From assembly GCA_946965045.2 (NCBI GenBank), contig OX337228.1, positions 2,728,001 to 2,792,000 on the forward strand: a DNA stretch of 64,000 bases, read 5' to 3'. The notes under the pieces are model-generated. The model saw nothing but the letters and a program-made list of their open reading frames with translations, was not told where the DNA came from and did no database searches. A program made the position numbers and the translations under genes. How positions within the stretch are numbered: the first letter of the stretch is position 1; the number at the start of each line of letters is the position of its first letter. This document shows positions 45,684-56,679 of this stretch, one piece after another. This stretch comes from Epithemia pelagica (lineage: Eukaryota; Protista; Bacillariophyta).

Positions 45684-48036
45684 ATGGCGCGATCAAATTG
45701 GACGGCCACGATAGCATCCACTGCGATCCTTCTGAGTTTCGTATTCACTCAGACAAGGGCTTCTTTGTTTGGTCTCAGGCCAATTCGACGAGCAAAACTC
45801 TCGCCATCACTGATTGATCTTCGAGGAGGATCATCGAACTCGGACGAAAAGATTGATGGCGCCTGCATTGGAATCGACTTGGGAACAACATATTCATGTG
45901 TGGCGGTATGGAGAAACGACCGAGTAGATGTTTGTCCCAACGAGCAAGGAAACCGAATCACTCCTTCGTACGTCGCCTTTAGCAAAGATGGAACGCGCCT
46001 CGTTGGCGATGCGGCGAAAAATCAGGCAACAAGCAATCCCTCAGGGACGTTCTTTGATGTGAAACGACTAATTGGGAGAAAGTACACCGACACTACTGTC
46101 CAAAGTGACAAGGCTTTGTTTCCATTTGAGGTCAACCAAGATAGAGCGGGGAAGCCAGTATTGCGACTGTCGATGGATGAATTCAAGAAGCAATCGAAGA
46201 AAGATTTCACACCCGAAGAAATTTCTGGTATGGTGCTTCGTAAAATGAAAGAGACTGCAGAAACATATCTTGGAAAACCTGTGAAACATGCTGTCGTTAC
46301 TGTACCAGCATACTTCAATGATGCTCAGCGACAGGCAACAAAAGATGCAGGTACCATTGCTGGCCTTTCAATAGCACGTGTGATCAATGAACCAACAGCG
46401 GCAGCAATTGCATACGGCTTGGATAAACAAGATAGGGAAGAAAACATCCTTGTCTTTGATCTTGGTGGAGGTACATTTGATGTGACCTTGCTCAGTATTG
46501 ATCATGGGGTTTTTGAAGTGTTGGCGACTGCAGGAAACACACATTTGGGTGGCGAAGATTTTGATCATCGCCTGATGGAGTATTGTATAAGCCAGTTCAA
46601 GAGACAAACCGGAAATGATATAACGAGTGATAAACGAGCTGTTCAACGCCTGAGGAAGCAGTGCGAACTGGCCAAGAGAACTCTGTCCACACAGACATCG
46701 GCGACCATCGATTGTGAAGCTCTTGCCAACGGCGAAGATTTCACCACAACAATTTCGCGGGCAAAGTTCGAGGAACTTAACTTGGACCTGTTCAAAAAGA
46801 CTATGACTCCTGTGACACAAGTTTTGAAAGATGCGGGAATGAGCAAGAATGACGTACAACAGATCATTCTCGTCGGAGGGTCCACACGAATCCCGAAAAT
46901 TCAAGCTCTGTTGTCTGAATACTTTGGAGGAAAGGAGCTGAACAAAGGCATCAATCCAGACGAAGCAGTTGTAAGTTTGATTTGTCCTATCATTTTTGTT
47001 GTTGAGGATCGTGTCGAGGAAGAGATCCAGTAACGCTTGGCTTCTGAGAAGTATTCATTGGCCGGAGTAGTTACCGGGTTTACCCAATGAACGCTTTTGA
47101 TGCAATTTGTTACCATACTGAGACTGTTGTTGATCCATCTGTTCAGCTGTTGACCTTCTTACGAGATCATTTTGCTGACTCACTTTCCTCTTTCTTCTTC
47201 TCCGTCAGGCTTATGGGGCTGCTGTTCAGGGAGGTATTCTCAGTGGTGATGCGGCAGCCGCGACCAAAGATGTGTTGCTTCTTGACGTCGCGCCCTTGTC
47301 GCTTGGAATCGAAACAGCCGGAGGAGTAATGACGGCCCTCATCAAGCGAGGTACAACTATTCCTGTGAAGAAATCCCAAGTTTTCTCCACCTATGCCGAC
47401 AATCAGCCAGGCGTCAACATTCAAGTGTTTGAAGGTGAACGCAGTATGACCAAGTCCAACCGCTTGCTTGGCCAATTCGAACTGGGTGGTATCCCTCCTG
47501 CGCCTCGAGGCACACCGCAAATCGAAGTGAGCTTTGATGTCGATGCAAATGGAATTCTCAGCATCTCCGCATCGGACAAGGGAACTGGCAAAGTGGAGTC
47601 GTTGACCATTACCAGTGAGAAAGGTCGACTTTCGGAAGAGGAAATTGAACGAATGGTGAAGGAAGCCGAAGAGTTTGCCGAACAGGACGCAGCTGAAAAG
47701 GCAAAAGTGCAAGCACGCAACGATTTGGAGGCATATCTTTACAATTTGAAAAATACCATGAACGACAGCTTGGCATCCAAACTCTCGGACGAGGACAAAT
47801 CCAGTCTTTCCACGACAGTGGACGAAGCGCTGGTGTGGTTGGAGGACCATCCCGCCGCATCCAAGGAAGAATACGACGAAAAGCAAAAAGAAGTCGAGAC
47901 GGTCGCCAATCCAATCATGAAACGAGCCTATGAAAGTGCTGCCGGCGAAGCGGGAGGGAGTCCTGGTGGTGATGAAGACTGGCTCGGTGACGACGTCGAC
48001 GGCGCAGATGGACCTAGTGTGGAGGAGGTTGACTAA
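45684..48036 (+). CDS. HSP70: Hsp70 with N-terminal signal/transit peptide and C-terminal EEVD; intron 46971-47208
   Basis: [35 protein letters not shown]|[15 protein letters not shown], ends VEEVD. Confidence 0.96.
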
Positions 48037-48102
48037 TCTCAATTGCCAATAACACAATAGACTTCAAGACATATAGTATCGTGTGAAGGTACAATCTCTC
48101 TA

Positions 48103-50133
48103 TTATTCTCGTTCAAACACGCACACGCATTCGACATGATCGGATCCCGGAAACAGAATGTATCCCGTAGCACTCTTTAACAACCACCCCCCGCGACTGT
48201 TGAGTAACTTTTCCGAATCTCGGGCCAGTGCATCAAAGCCACAACTCACGTAGATGAGTGTGTTGACATCATTGGTCCAACTAATTCTCTCGTCGGGCAT
48301 GGACAAGAGAGTTGCCGATTCCACATAGGGTTGTTTGGGATCAAATGGTTTGCAGAGTTCATTCAACACTTCTTCGTCCAATCCTTTGCGTGGAGGGTCC
48401 ACAATCAAAACGTTGGCACCCAGTGCTTGGCCATGTTGAATCAGTGCGTCGACTGCCGATGCCGCCACATAGCTTGTTTTGGGACCACCACCACCAACTT
48501 CGTTGTCGTCCTGGTAAGTTGTAGCCAATACATTGGGTTCCTGTCCGGCTTGGACCATTTCCAAAAATGCACCCAAGGTTGTCTCCTGATGATCCACTGC
48601 CAATTCTCCCGACGGATGAGTTCCAGTCGACACAATTTTGGGGGGCAACGATTCTACCGCTCGAGCGAAACTCCGTGGATTGGCTGGATTCAAATCACTG
48701 CATCGGATCCATTCCAACGGTGTTCCCGCCTCGTCATGATGCACCAGAGCCGTCAAGCCCAAGACTCCGACACCGGCATAGAGTTCACAGACTTTGGAAT
48801 TCCCCGGAACGGCTTGCGCCACATTCAATGCCAAAATGTCAAAGCCATCCAAATTGCCTTGACGAAAGGTGAGTGGAGAAAAGTAAAAGTATCCCTGTTC
48901 TCCAATCGGAATGGGTTCTCGAATATACTCGTGACCCACAAGGCGATGCCATCGTTTGGGTGATCGATGAAAAATGTTATTGCCCAAACCATTGTTGCAA
49001 TGACACCATATACTATGCCACAAGTGTTTGTCCAATTTCATGAGTTCGTTTTTCAAGAGCGTCAATCCAGGATGTGTTTCTTTCAAATTTTCGGCATTCC
49101 ATACCAGTGTCAAACAAATAGTCCCCGTCGTTCGATCGACCTGGAGCTGTACATATCGCAAGCCTCCTTCTCTGGTTTCATCGACATAGGCCGGAGTGCC
49201 TACCGTTGCAGTAGCTTGTTCCAAGACTGCCACAGCCCGATTGATGGAGGGATGATGAACGGCACAATCTGGTATGGGAATGACGGTATGCGTGCCTCGC
49301 AAATACAATCCAAACATGCATCCATCTCCCCGTCTCCATCGGGATTGTTTGGGTGCCACCACCAATTTGGCCTGGGTACGCCAGTGGGTCAAACGAGAGG
49401 GCACCACGACTTGAAAAAACTGGTCCGAATCGTCCTGCTGGTGGCCGCCGTTGATCCGTTTTCGTTGAATGGCGGTACTGGAAAAATATCGTTGTGCGGC
49501 AAGGACACGATCCACCGTTCCCACATGACTCTGGACCATACATCCACTGCAATTTTCTTCGAAATGGGGACAGTCCATGGACCCCTGCAGACGTTCTTCT
49601 TGTACAGACGTTGCCGAATGGAAATCATAGTTGGTCAACAGTGGTCGAGCGACTGGTCGTCGTTGTGATGATGATGATGAGGAGGAGGAGGAGGAAGAGA
49701 CAGGATGGGATCCTCGTGTCGACTGTTGTAAAATTCGTGCTCGAGGTCGACTCTTATTCTTGTTGCCTTTCTTCTTGTGCTTCTTTTTCTTGTTGTTGTT
49801 GTTGTTGTTATAGTTATATGTTGTGGATTCCAATGACTCGCGTCGTCTGGTGGAACCAAGATGCGTGGGCGAATGCCATGAGGATAATGACGAAACAGTG
49901 ACGACAACGCTATCCTGTCGCTGTCGTTGTTGTGGTTGCAGCCGTTGCACCGTCGTTCCAGCACTGGTTGTGTGGTGCCCCACAGGAAAGGAATGAACGA
50001 GGAAAAAGGAACCGAAATTTGGGTCTTTCAGTCGTACCAGTGCCACAAGGACAATGTAGTTCCACCAATACGGAGTTGTTGTACGTCCCGAGTTTCGGCA
50101 AGGGACGTTGTTTCGTCTTCGTATCGTCGTCAT
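48103..50133 (-). CDS. RlmD/TrmA-family RNA m5U methyltransferase with long presequence (probably plastid)
   Basis: CPHFEENCSGC, FRQGN, ELYAGVGVLG, IVDPPRKGL, YVSCG, LFPGSDHVE. Confidence 0.88.
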   Translation of the reverse strand: MTTIRRRNNVPCRNSGRTTTPYWWNYIVLVALVRLKDPNFGSFFLVHSFPVGHHTTSAGTTVQRLQPQQRQRQDSVVVTVSSLSSWHSPTHLGSTRRRESLESTTYNYNNNNNNKKKKHKKKGNKNKSRPRARILQQSTRGSHPVSSSSSSSSSSSQRRPVARPLLTNYDFHSATSVQEERLQGSMDCPHFEENCSGCMVQSHVGTVDRVLAAQRYFSSTAIQRKRINGGHQQDDSDQFFQVVVPSRLTHWRTQAKLVVAPKQSRWRRGDGCMFGLYLRGTHTVIPIPDCAVHHPSINRAVAVLEQATATVGTPAYVDETREGGLRYVQLQVDRTTGTICLTLVWNAENLKETHPGLTLLKNELMKLDKHLWHSIWCHCNNGLGNNIFHRSPKRWHRLVGHEYIREPIPIGEQGYFYFSPLTFRQGNLDGFDILALNVAQAVPGNSKVCELYAGVGVLGLTALVHHDEAGTPLEWIRCSDLNPANPRSFARAVESLPPKIVSTGTHPSGELAVDHQETTLGAFLEMVQAGQEPNVLATTYQDDNEVGGGGPKTSYVAASAVDALIQHGQALGANVLIVDPPRKGLDEEVLNELCKPFDPKQPYVESATLLSMPDERISWTNDVNTLIYVSCGFDALARDSEKLLNSRGGWLLKSATGYILFPGSDHVECVCVFERE
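49666..49810. repeat. Trinucleotide microsatellites (GAT/GAG and TTG runs) encoding poly-Ser and poly-Asn in the RlmD-like presequence
   Basis: GATGATGATGATGAGGAGGAGGAGGAG and TTGTTGTTGTTGTTGTTG seen directly. Confidence 0.85.
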
Positions 50134-50391
50134 GGTCGGAATATGGTGATGTCCCTTCTATGTTGCGTTTTGTTCTTCGACGACGCGCGACCGAACCCCA
50201 GAGAAGATTTTTGGATGGATGTGATCGACATCGAATTTTGAAATTTGAAGTTTGGTGATGGTTTGACGTCACTGCGTCGAATTCCAATGAGTGGGATCTT
50301 TCGACCATGTCCAATCCCTCTCTTGTCGGCGGCTCCAGTCACATTTCCTTGTAAAGGTTTCCCCATCTCCTCAAGAGCAACGATCCCCATC

Positions 50392-51336
50392 ATGACGTCC
50401 CGTCGTCGACCATTGTGTGGCGGCGGCAAGTCCTGGACACTCGTGCTGGTGGTGGGTCTACATTTGTCGTCATCGTCGTTGTCGGCAGCATTTACACTCC
50501 CACCACATCTCCTCCCTCGCAGCAGCACCGTCGATTCGGATCGCAACTACAACGGTCGACGAGCGCCCATGGGTCACGCAATCCAGGAGGAGGAGGACGA
50601 CCATGACATGGAACCTACGACATGCAGCACCCAATCAACAACAACAATCATGACAAGAACGACTCGAACGTCGTTTCTATCGACGCTGGCTGGAATCGGT
50701 ACGTTCCTCCTGGGGTCATGGCGGCCCGATCATGCCTTGGCGGCGGCAGATTCCAGCACCGAGACCTCCTCGGAAGGTTTGACCGTCTTTCAACTCCCAT
50801 CTGGTATCAAGTATTTGGAACTCCATGAAGGATCCGGTCCGACTCCGGAATATGGTCAACTCTGTTCCATTGCCTACAAGGGATACATTAAACTTCCCGC
50901 CAACAAAAAGGATGCCAATCCCAAACCTCAACAATTTGATCAATCCTCGGCCTATTTGATTAAACATGGCAATGGACGAACCATTGCCGGTCTCGATGAA
51001 GGATTGCATACCATCAAGGTTGGAGGAACCCGCCGGATTATCATTCCACCCAAACTCGGTTATGTCACTTCGGGCATTGGACCCATTCCCGAATATCCGT
51101 GGGATCGTGCCAAATTGAATTCCCTCTTGGACCAAATGGTGGCCCTCCGAGGGGGTAAGGTCGTCTTTGAAGTCACCTTGTTATCGGCCATGGATGACGA
51201 AGCCGATCAAGGCTATTATCAAGATGGAAGTTTGTCACCCGAACAATTTGACAAACTTCGCGAGAGTATTCAACAACGAGCTGCTCAAGCCGCACAGGCG
51301 GCCGCCGAACAAGTGGCAGACGCATCCTCGCTGTAG
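50392..51336 (+). CDS. FKBP-type peptidyl-prolyl isomerase, probably thylakoid lumen
   Basis: SGIKYLELHEGSG, IAGLDEGL, KVGGTRRIIIPPKLGY, VVFEVTLL; signal (SAAF) plus a second hydrophobic segment ending ALA. Confidence 0.88.
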   Translation: MTSRRRPLCGGGKSWTLVLVVGLHLSSSSLSAAFTLPPHLLPRSSTVDSDRNYNGRRAPMGHAIQEEEDDHDMEPTTCSTQSTTTIMTRTTRTSFLSTLAGIGTFLLGSWRPDHALAAADSSTETSSEGLTVFQLPSGIKYLELHEGSGPTPEYGQLCSIAYKGYIKLPANKKDANPKPQQFDQSSAYLIKHGNGRTIAGLDEGLHTIKVGGTRRIIIPPKLGYVTSGIGPIPEYPWDRAKLNSLLDQMVALRGGKVVFEVTLLSAMDDEADQGYYQDGSLSPEQFDKLRESIQQRAAQAAQAAAEQVADASSL

Positions 51337-51516
51337 TTTTCATTCAAGAAAGCCGTCTGCACAAAAGTGTTGACCTAGAAATAGGTTTACAAGTAATTGC
51401 ACAGGCATATAACCTTACTAGGTAGTCACGTCGTAAGCGTTATACACAGGGTAAGATTGACAACTAAATGACATGCTAATAGGGCTTGCTCTTTTCGGTA
51501 CTGTACATAATAGGGT

Positions 51517-53758
51517 CTACTTGGATTGAGACGGTGTCGTGTTGTCAGTGGTAACATAGGTTGGAAAGACATGGGACAGGCCCCATTTCTCCATGCGTTT
51601 CGAGAGTTCGTCCTTGAGATATTTCTTGGCTCCTTTGATTTCATAAATCCAGGGAGCTGCCGACGAGATAAAGTCAAATTCGTCGTCCAAGGTTTTGCCC
51701 ACCCCACTCATTTGCGTCAGGGCACGGCCCACAAAGGCATATTCGGCCGGCAAGGTGAAATATTGCATCACTTCGGCATCTCGAACCTTTTGCTCCTTTT
51801 CTGCTGAAGGATCACTACTATTACTTGTCGTATTGGCCGTTTTCTGTTCCGTAGCCTTGAATTGGTAACCTCGTTCGGAAAGTCGTTTGCGATTAGCTTT
51901 GACCTTCCCCGTCTTGTAATTGTCCGCAATCTTGGCCCGCACTTTTGCCAGGTCCGAGTTTGGTTTCAACACACCCATTTTGGCAAAGGCATCCATGGAT
52001 TTGTCCACATCCAGGTCTACAATTGCTTCAATAATTTCCAGAATCCCATCCGCCTGGTTCTGCGTCGAGGTTGCTGCCTGTCCAAAGTCGTAAAAGACTA
52101 AACGTACCCGTTGCGCGGGCGCCGATTTCGAAGCGCCTCCGCTACTACGTTTCCCACCCTTGTTGGAATGTGGTGTGTTGGGAATCAACACTTCACAGCC
52201 CAAATTGCCTACAGGAAGGAGAACGACGGGATATGTTGAGAGACAAGAGCACCAACAACATTCTTTCCCTCGTTCAACTGTGCAACGTACCTGGATGGGG
52301 ATCGGTGCTGAAAAATCGGTTACAACAGAACTGGCGGAGATAGGAACGTCCGAGACAATCGGCAAGGTACTCTCGATCATAGGCAGTGACATTGGACGCG
52401 TCTAGTTGGGCGGTATTGGTAATCTTGATACTGGGAACATATTCCATGACAAGAACTTGTTCGGAACTAAGATTCCCGTAGACATAGGGCGCACGTAACC
52501 ATGAAGCCGCAGAAGGGAGCTCTTGTCCGTCCTGTGACTTGGCAGACGAAACAGAGGCCGGCCTTCCACCTCTATCGAGCCCGAAATCCTCACAAAATCG
52601 AATGCCATTGGCAGCTTCATCGCGGTAGTCAATTTCACGGTACAAAATCGCTTCAGCGTCCAAAAATATTTTCTCCCATGATTGCTCCACTCCGCCGACT
52701 TTGCCTGCTTTTCCACCAAATCGATCAACTGCTTTCGCAATCTTGGTCAAGAAGGCCAAATCTTGATCATAAATCTGTCGGAGGAATGGCCTTTGCAACT
52801 TGATGGCAACTGTTTCATTCGTCGATCTAAGAACTGCTCTGTGTACTTGACCCAAGCTCGCAGCAGCCAGAGGCTCAGTGTCAAAATCTCTGAAGGTCTC
52901 GTCAAATGAAGAAACAGCAGTATCGTTTGCATGGCCCTGGGACCACGCCGTATGTGCAAGCTTCAATGCCTTTTCGCCTGTCTGCGCTGGTATTTGATCT
53001 TGCAATCGTTCCAGCGATTTGATCCATGATTTCGGTAAGGATTCTTCTTGACAAGAGAGGATCTGACCCATTTTGCAGTAGAGTGGTCCAAGTTGTAGCA
53101 AGCCCTGTGTCAATATTCTGCCCGCCGATGCAACCAACTTTTCTCCACCCCAGAGTCGACTCAGGCACCACAATGGAGCGACTTGCAGAAACAACAACGA
53201 CATCAAGGCTCGTCCGCGAGCCCCAGGATGTTTCGCATATCTTTCCCATTCGGAAGTAGCGTCGGCACGCTGTCGACGGCGTACGGATACGCGATCACGA
53301 ACCAGAAGCGTCACGGCAACAAGACAAACGGCAAGTTGGATGACGCGTCGGGGTTTCCAGGACGCCATGGGAGAGATGGATGCCGTCGTTGCAGCCATGG
53401 CCGATCGTGCCGATAATAGCATCAAAGAAGTTGCCGAAATCAAACTTCGTTTCCATTTACGCCTTCGATACATCCGTGTCTCTGTGTATTGTTGACTAAA
53501 CAGGGCCGAGGTTCTCCCTTGATTGGAGGCACATTCTCGTTGTGTAAGAGCACACATGTGTCTGTTAGCCGTTGACCTTTTCCAAGCAGAATTCGATTTG
53601 AAAAGGCTACAACGATTTTGTTGGACCAAGAGGCACTCAGTGGGTGTCTGCCGCACCGTCGACAAGAATGCATAAACCGTCACATTGTCTAGCGAAACGA
53701 AAAGCAAAATGGCCCACCAGCTGTTAACAACAATACGCGCAAAACCAGCGGTAGCCAT
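51517..53758 (-). CDS. ABC1/ADCK (UbiB) atypical kinase, probably plastid; intron 52209-52290
   Basis: LGPLYCKMGQ, AAASLGQVHRA, VAIKLQRP, EIDY, TDPHPG|N, YDFG. Confidence 0.92.
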
Positions 53759-54364
53759 TGCTGTGCGAGATCAGAGTGTTGGACGCAGAACACTTGTTTA
53801 TGAAGATTGTCTTCTTGTCATGAACTTGATCACTAGAGGCCAGAAAAGATGATAGATGATGTCAACGCCCAACACACATCGTCAAAGTCGCCCAGAGAAT
53901 CCTCATTCCTCATGGCGATCGGGCAAATTATCAAGGAACCTACATTAGTGTTAGAGGTAGACGTAATTTTGCCTGACCGGCGTACGTAGATGCAAGCAGA
54001 ACGGATGAGCGAATAGATCTCGGTCGCGAGGAATCCCGGAAAACCGTCTCCGTTCGCAAACAACCTCGCACCCACGATCCGAAACGAACGTGCACGACCA
54101 ACATGGGCTACAACCCCGTGCTCAATCTGCTGCATTCTCCATATCGATATTAATAATAGTTAGTCATGAATTCGATGAGGTGTGTTTTTGGAGACACAAA
54201 ATGAGTCGAGGTTGCCCGGTTCGAAACAAGACGAGGAACACAAACCGTCAAAACGAGAAACGAGAACATAGAAGAAAGTGTCACCCATCCCACATTTTCT
54301 TGAGATTAAACCATTTGAAAACGAGACGCTTCCTAGTACATCATAACCAGTGAATCAATCAATC

Positions 54365-54955
54365 ATGACAGGACACAAGACATCAATAGTTCCTCCCGAA
54401 AATGGGGATGGACCCATCATTCGTGAGAACGACGTGTTGTTAGGACGAGGGGGACAAACCAACAAGCACGTGGGTAACAAACGATATCGTTCGATAGTCG
54501 TGGATCATCAACATGAATACCTCCGGGCTCGGAAAAAAGACAAAATCGTTATTGCTCGAAGAATCGTTGCCATCATCCATCAAAATGGTGGTCGCTTCCT
54601 GAAACAAATTCCGTCATCGCTTTGGGAGGAAGTTACGGATGAACGTGCTCAAGCCAAGACGTCACAAGCTCTTCGAGAAGGATTGGATGTACGGAACAGA
54701 ATGCAGAGACATTCCAAGATGCCACTCCGGGACAGTGAGTCGTGCAGTGAAGACTCGCCTCCAAGAAAGCGTGTGAAAACAACAAATTCCCACTTTGAAG
54801 CCACTGCATCAACTGCTCCTTCTTTGGTGAGCGTCGATGGGAACGGGGGAGAACTGCATTTGGAAGACCACCAAGAATGCCCCAAAGCGACGTCCTTTAT
54901 TAACTACCAGCGACAGCTGTCCAAGTCGGACGTTACAGATGCTTGTGCTGTGTAG
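54365..54955 (+). CDS. DUF6824-type diatom protein
   Basis: NDVLLGRGG..NKHVGNKRYR...GGRFLK...AKTSQALRE pattern. Confidence 0.85.
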   Translation: MTGHKTSIVPPENGDGPIIRENDVLLGRGGQTNKHVGNKRYRSIVVDHQHEYLRARKKDKIVIARRIVAIIHQNGGRFLKQIPSSLWEEVTDERAQAKTSQALREGLDVRNRMQRHSKMPLRDSESCSEDSPPRKRVKTTNSHFEATASTAPSLVSVDGNGGELHLEDHQECPKATSFINYQRQLSKSDVTDACAV

Positions 54956-55430
54956 CGATCAGCGATGCTCTCTGAGACTTTCGTTGCTCCGCTGATGTTA
55001 ATATACTGTTCAATTGGGAATTCTTGTCGAAATAGAAGACTTTGACCGCGTGTGGGATGCTGCATAATATAAAGATAAAGCCGACTTTTATATCTGTTGA
55101 CATCCTACTACCTGAGCATTTTCGTGGTTCTTATAAGGCATGCCGCATGGGCTCATCTGGATTGCAGTCGCCGTTTATTATAGGTTGAATATTGGAACAT
55201 AATCCTTTGATCCTGATTTAGGTGGCGAATGATTATTTGTCGACTCCATACCAACATTCAACATAGGGAGATGTGGTTTGATTGATTGGAGAAGGAATAG
55301 GTAGCTGTAGTTTGGCTACCGCTCTAAAGTTCTTGGTGGTGGGGTCATTCTCCTCCGCTCTGCCCCACTCTTCTCGTTTTACACTGCTGCCTTTGCATCA
55401 GTCTTCGACGTTCGATCAGCGACAACGACC

Positions 55431-55805
55431 ATGATGATGGCATCACGTGGAACAAGAGTCTTGGCCCAAGCTGCCAACCGCGGAGCCGTCCGTAAATTTT
55501 CGGCAGAACCGAAATTGCACAAAGCGAAGCATCATTGGACGGATTTGAAGGCCAAGCGTCCTGTTGACCACGACGATCTGCATGTACGTTGTTTTCGGGT
55601 CCATAAATTCAATTGCCACTGTTTGTCAGGTTTTGTTCAGGGGAACTCTAACTCTTCTTTGAATCTTTTACCGCAGCTCACCTTTCACCCTCCTTATAAC
55701 AGGACAACCATTACAATTATGGCTACCGTCATGGTGGCTATCGGATGGGGATCGGTTGAGATGGGCTATTGGCACCAGCAATACAAGCAGGGATATTGGA
55801 AATAA
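55431..55805 (+). CDS. Small single-TM protein with mitochondrial-type presequence; intron 55584-55676
   Basis: Arg/Ala-rich N-terminus (RGAVRKFS); GT-AG intron; one TM followed by HQQYKQGYWK. Confidence 0.75.
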   Translation: MMMASRGTRVLAQAANRGAVRKFSAEPKLHKAKHHWTDLKAKRPVDHDDLHVRCFRVHKFNCHCLSGFVQGNSNSSLNLLPQLTFHPPYNRTTITIMATVMVAIGWGSVEMGYWHQQYKQGYWK

Positions 55806-56679
55806 AAGGCTTGGCGTGTGTGGGCTTTAACTTCGTTTATTTCTCCTTGAGATTCACACAAATGATCATACTCCCAGTCCGCTAATCCATCGACGATACC
55901 CAGAAGTCATTTTATTGTAATGAATACAATAATAGTCGTTTCCTTACTGTCCTTTCGATGTGGAAAACGAAGCATAGTCCTCGTGTGATTGTGGACTTGA
56001 AACATAAAACATTGGGGACAATAGAACTCCATCGTCTCTCTGTTGTTCGGTGTTTGGGTCCATTAGCATCGATGGTTTTCTCGATTCCACATTTCAACAG
56101 TCTCTGGTCGACATTTCATCGCATTCTGTGCGAAATCTAACCAACAAACAACTCACGAATTTCGACGAGGTATCGGAAAGCTTTTTGCTCGCCTCGAATT
56201 CTGCCACGGCGCCATGGAAATAGAGCTTACTGCGTTGAATGAACCCAGTCATCGCGATGCAAGCCGGAATTTCTGCCGTTCTCTCTTTTCATATCCTGAC
56301 GGACAGGATGAGTAGGAGCGCCTTCAAGGGTGACGTGACGGAGGAATGGAATCTCTATTTTAGTTTTCCTACAGGCTTGACAATTGCCAATGGACAATTG
56401 CAGGGAGAGCTAGAGCTAGAGGTAGAGGGAACTTCTCTCTTATCTACCTACTCCGTGAAGATTCAAGATGGGTCCCTTGTAATTGTAAGAGAGTCCGGGA
56501 CTTACGCCCACCGATCATCGGTCGCGTCTACCTGCCCATAACCCTGGTCTGCGCACTTCGCGTTCGACTTCGAAGCAAACGTACTCAAATAAGTAATAAT
56601 AAGTACGAGATAAGAAGCGTCTAAAAGTCTAAAAAGGTCTAAATCTCAAATGAATGTTTCTCTTACAATATTACAATTG

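Noticed and set aside
47167-48057. 296-aa - strand ORF opposite Hsp70
   Set aside because: Long antisense ORFs are a known by-product of Hsp70 codon usage; no independent evidence.
56239-56541. 100-aa ORF upstream of the TIR element
   Set aside because: No motif, targeting signal or intron support.
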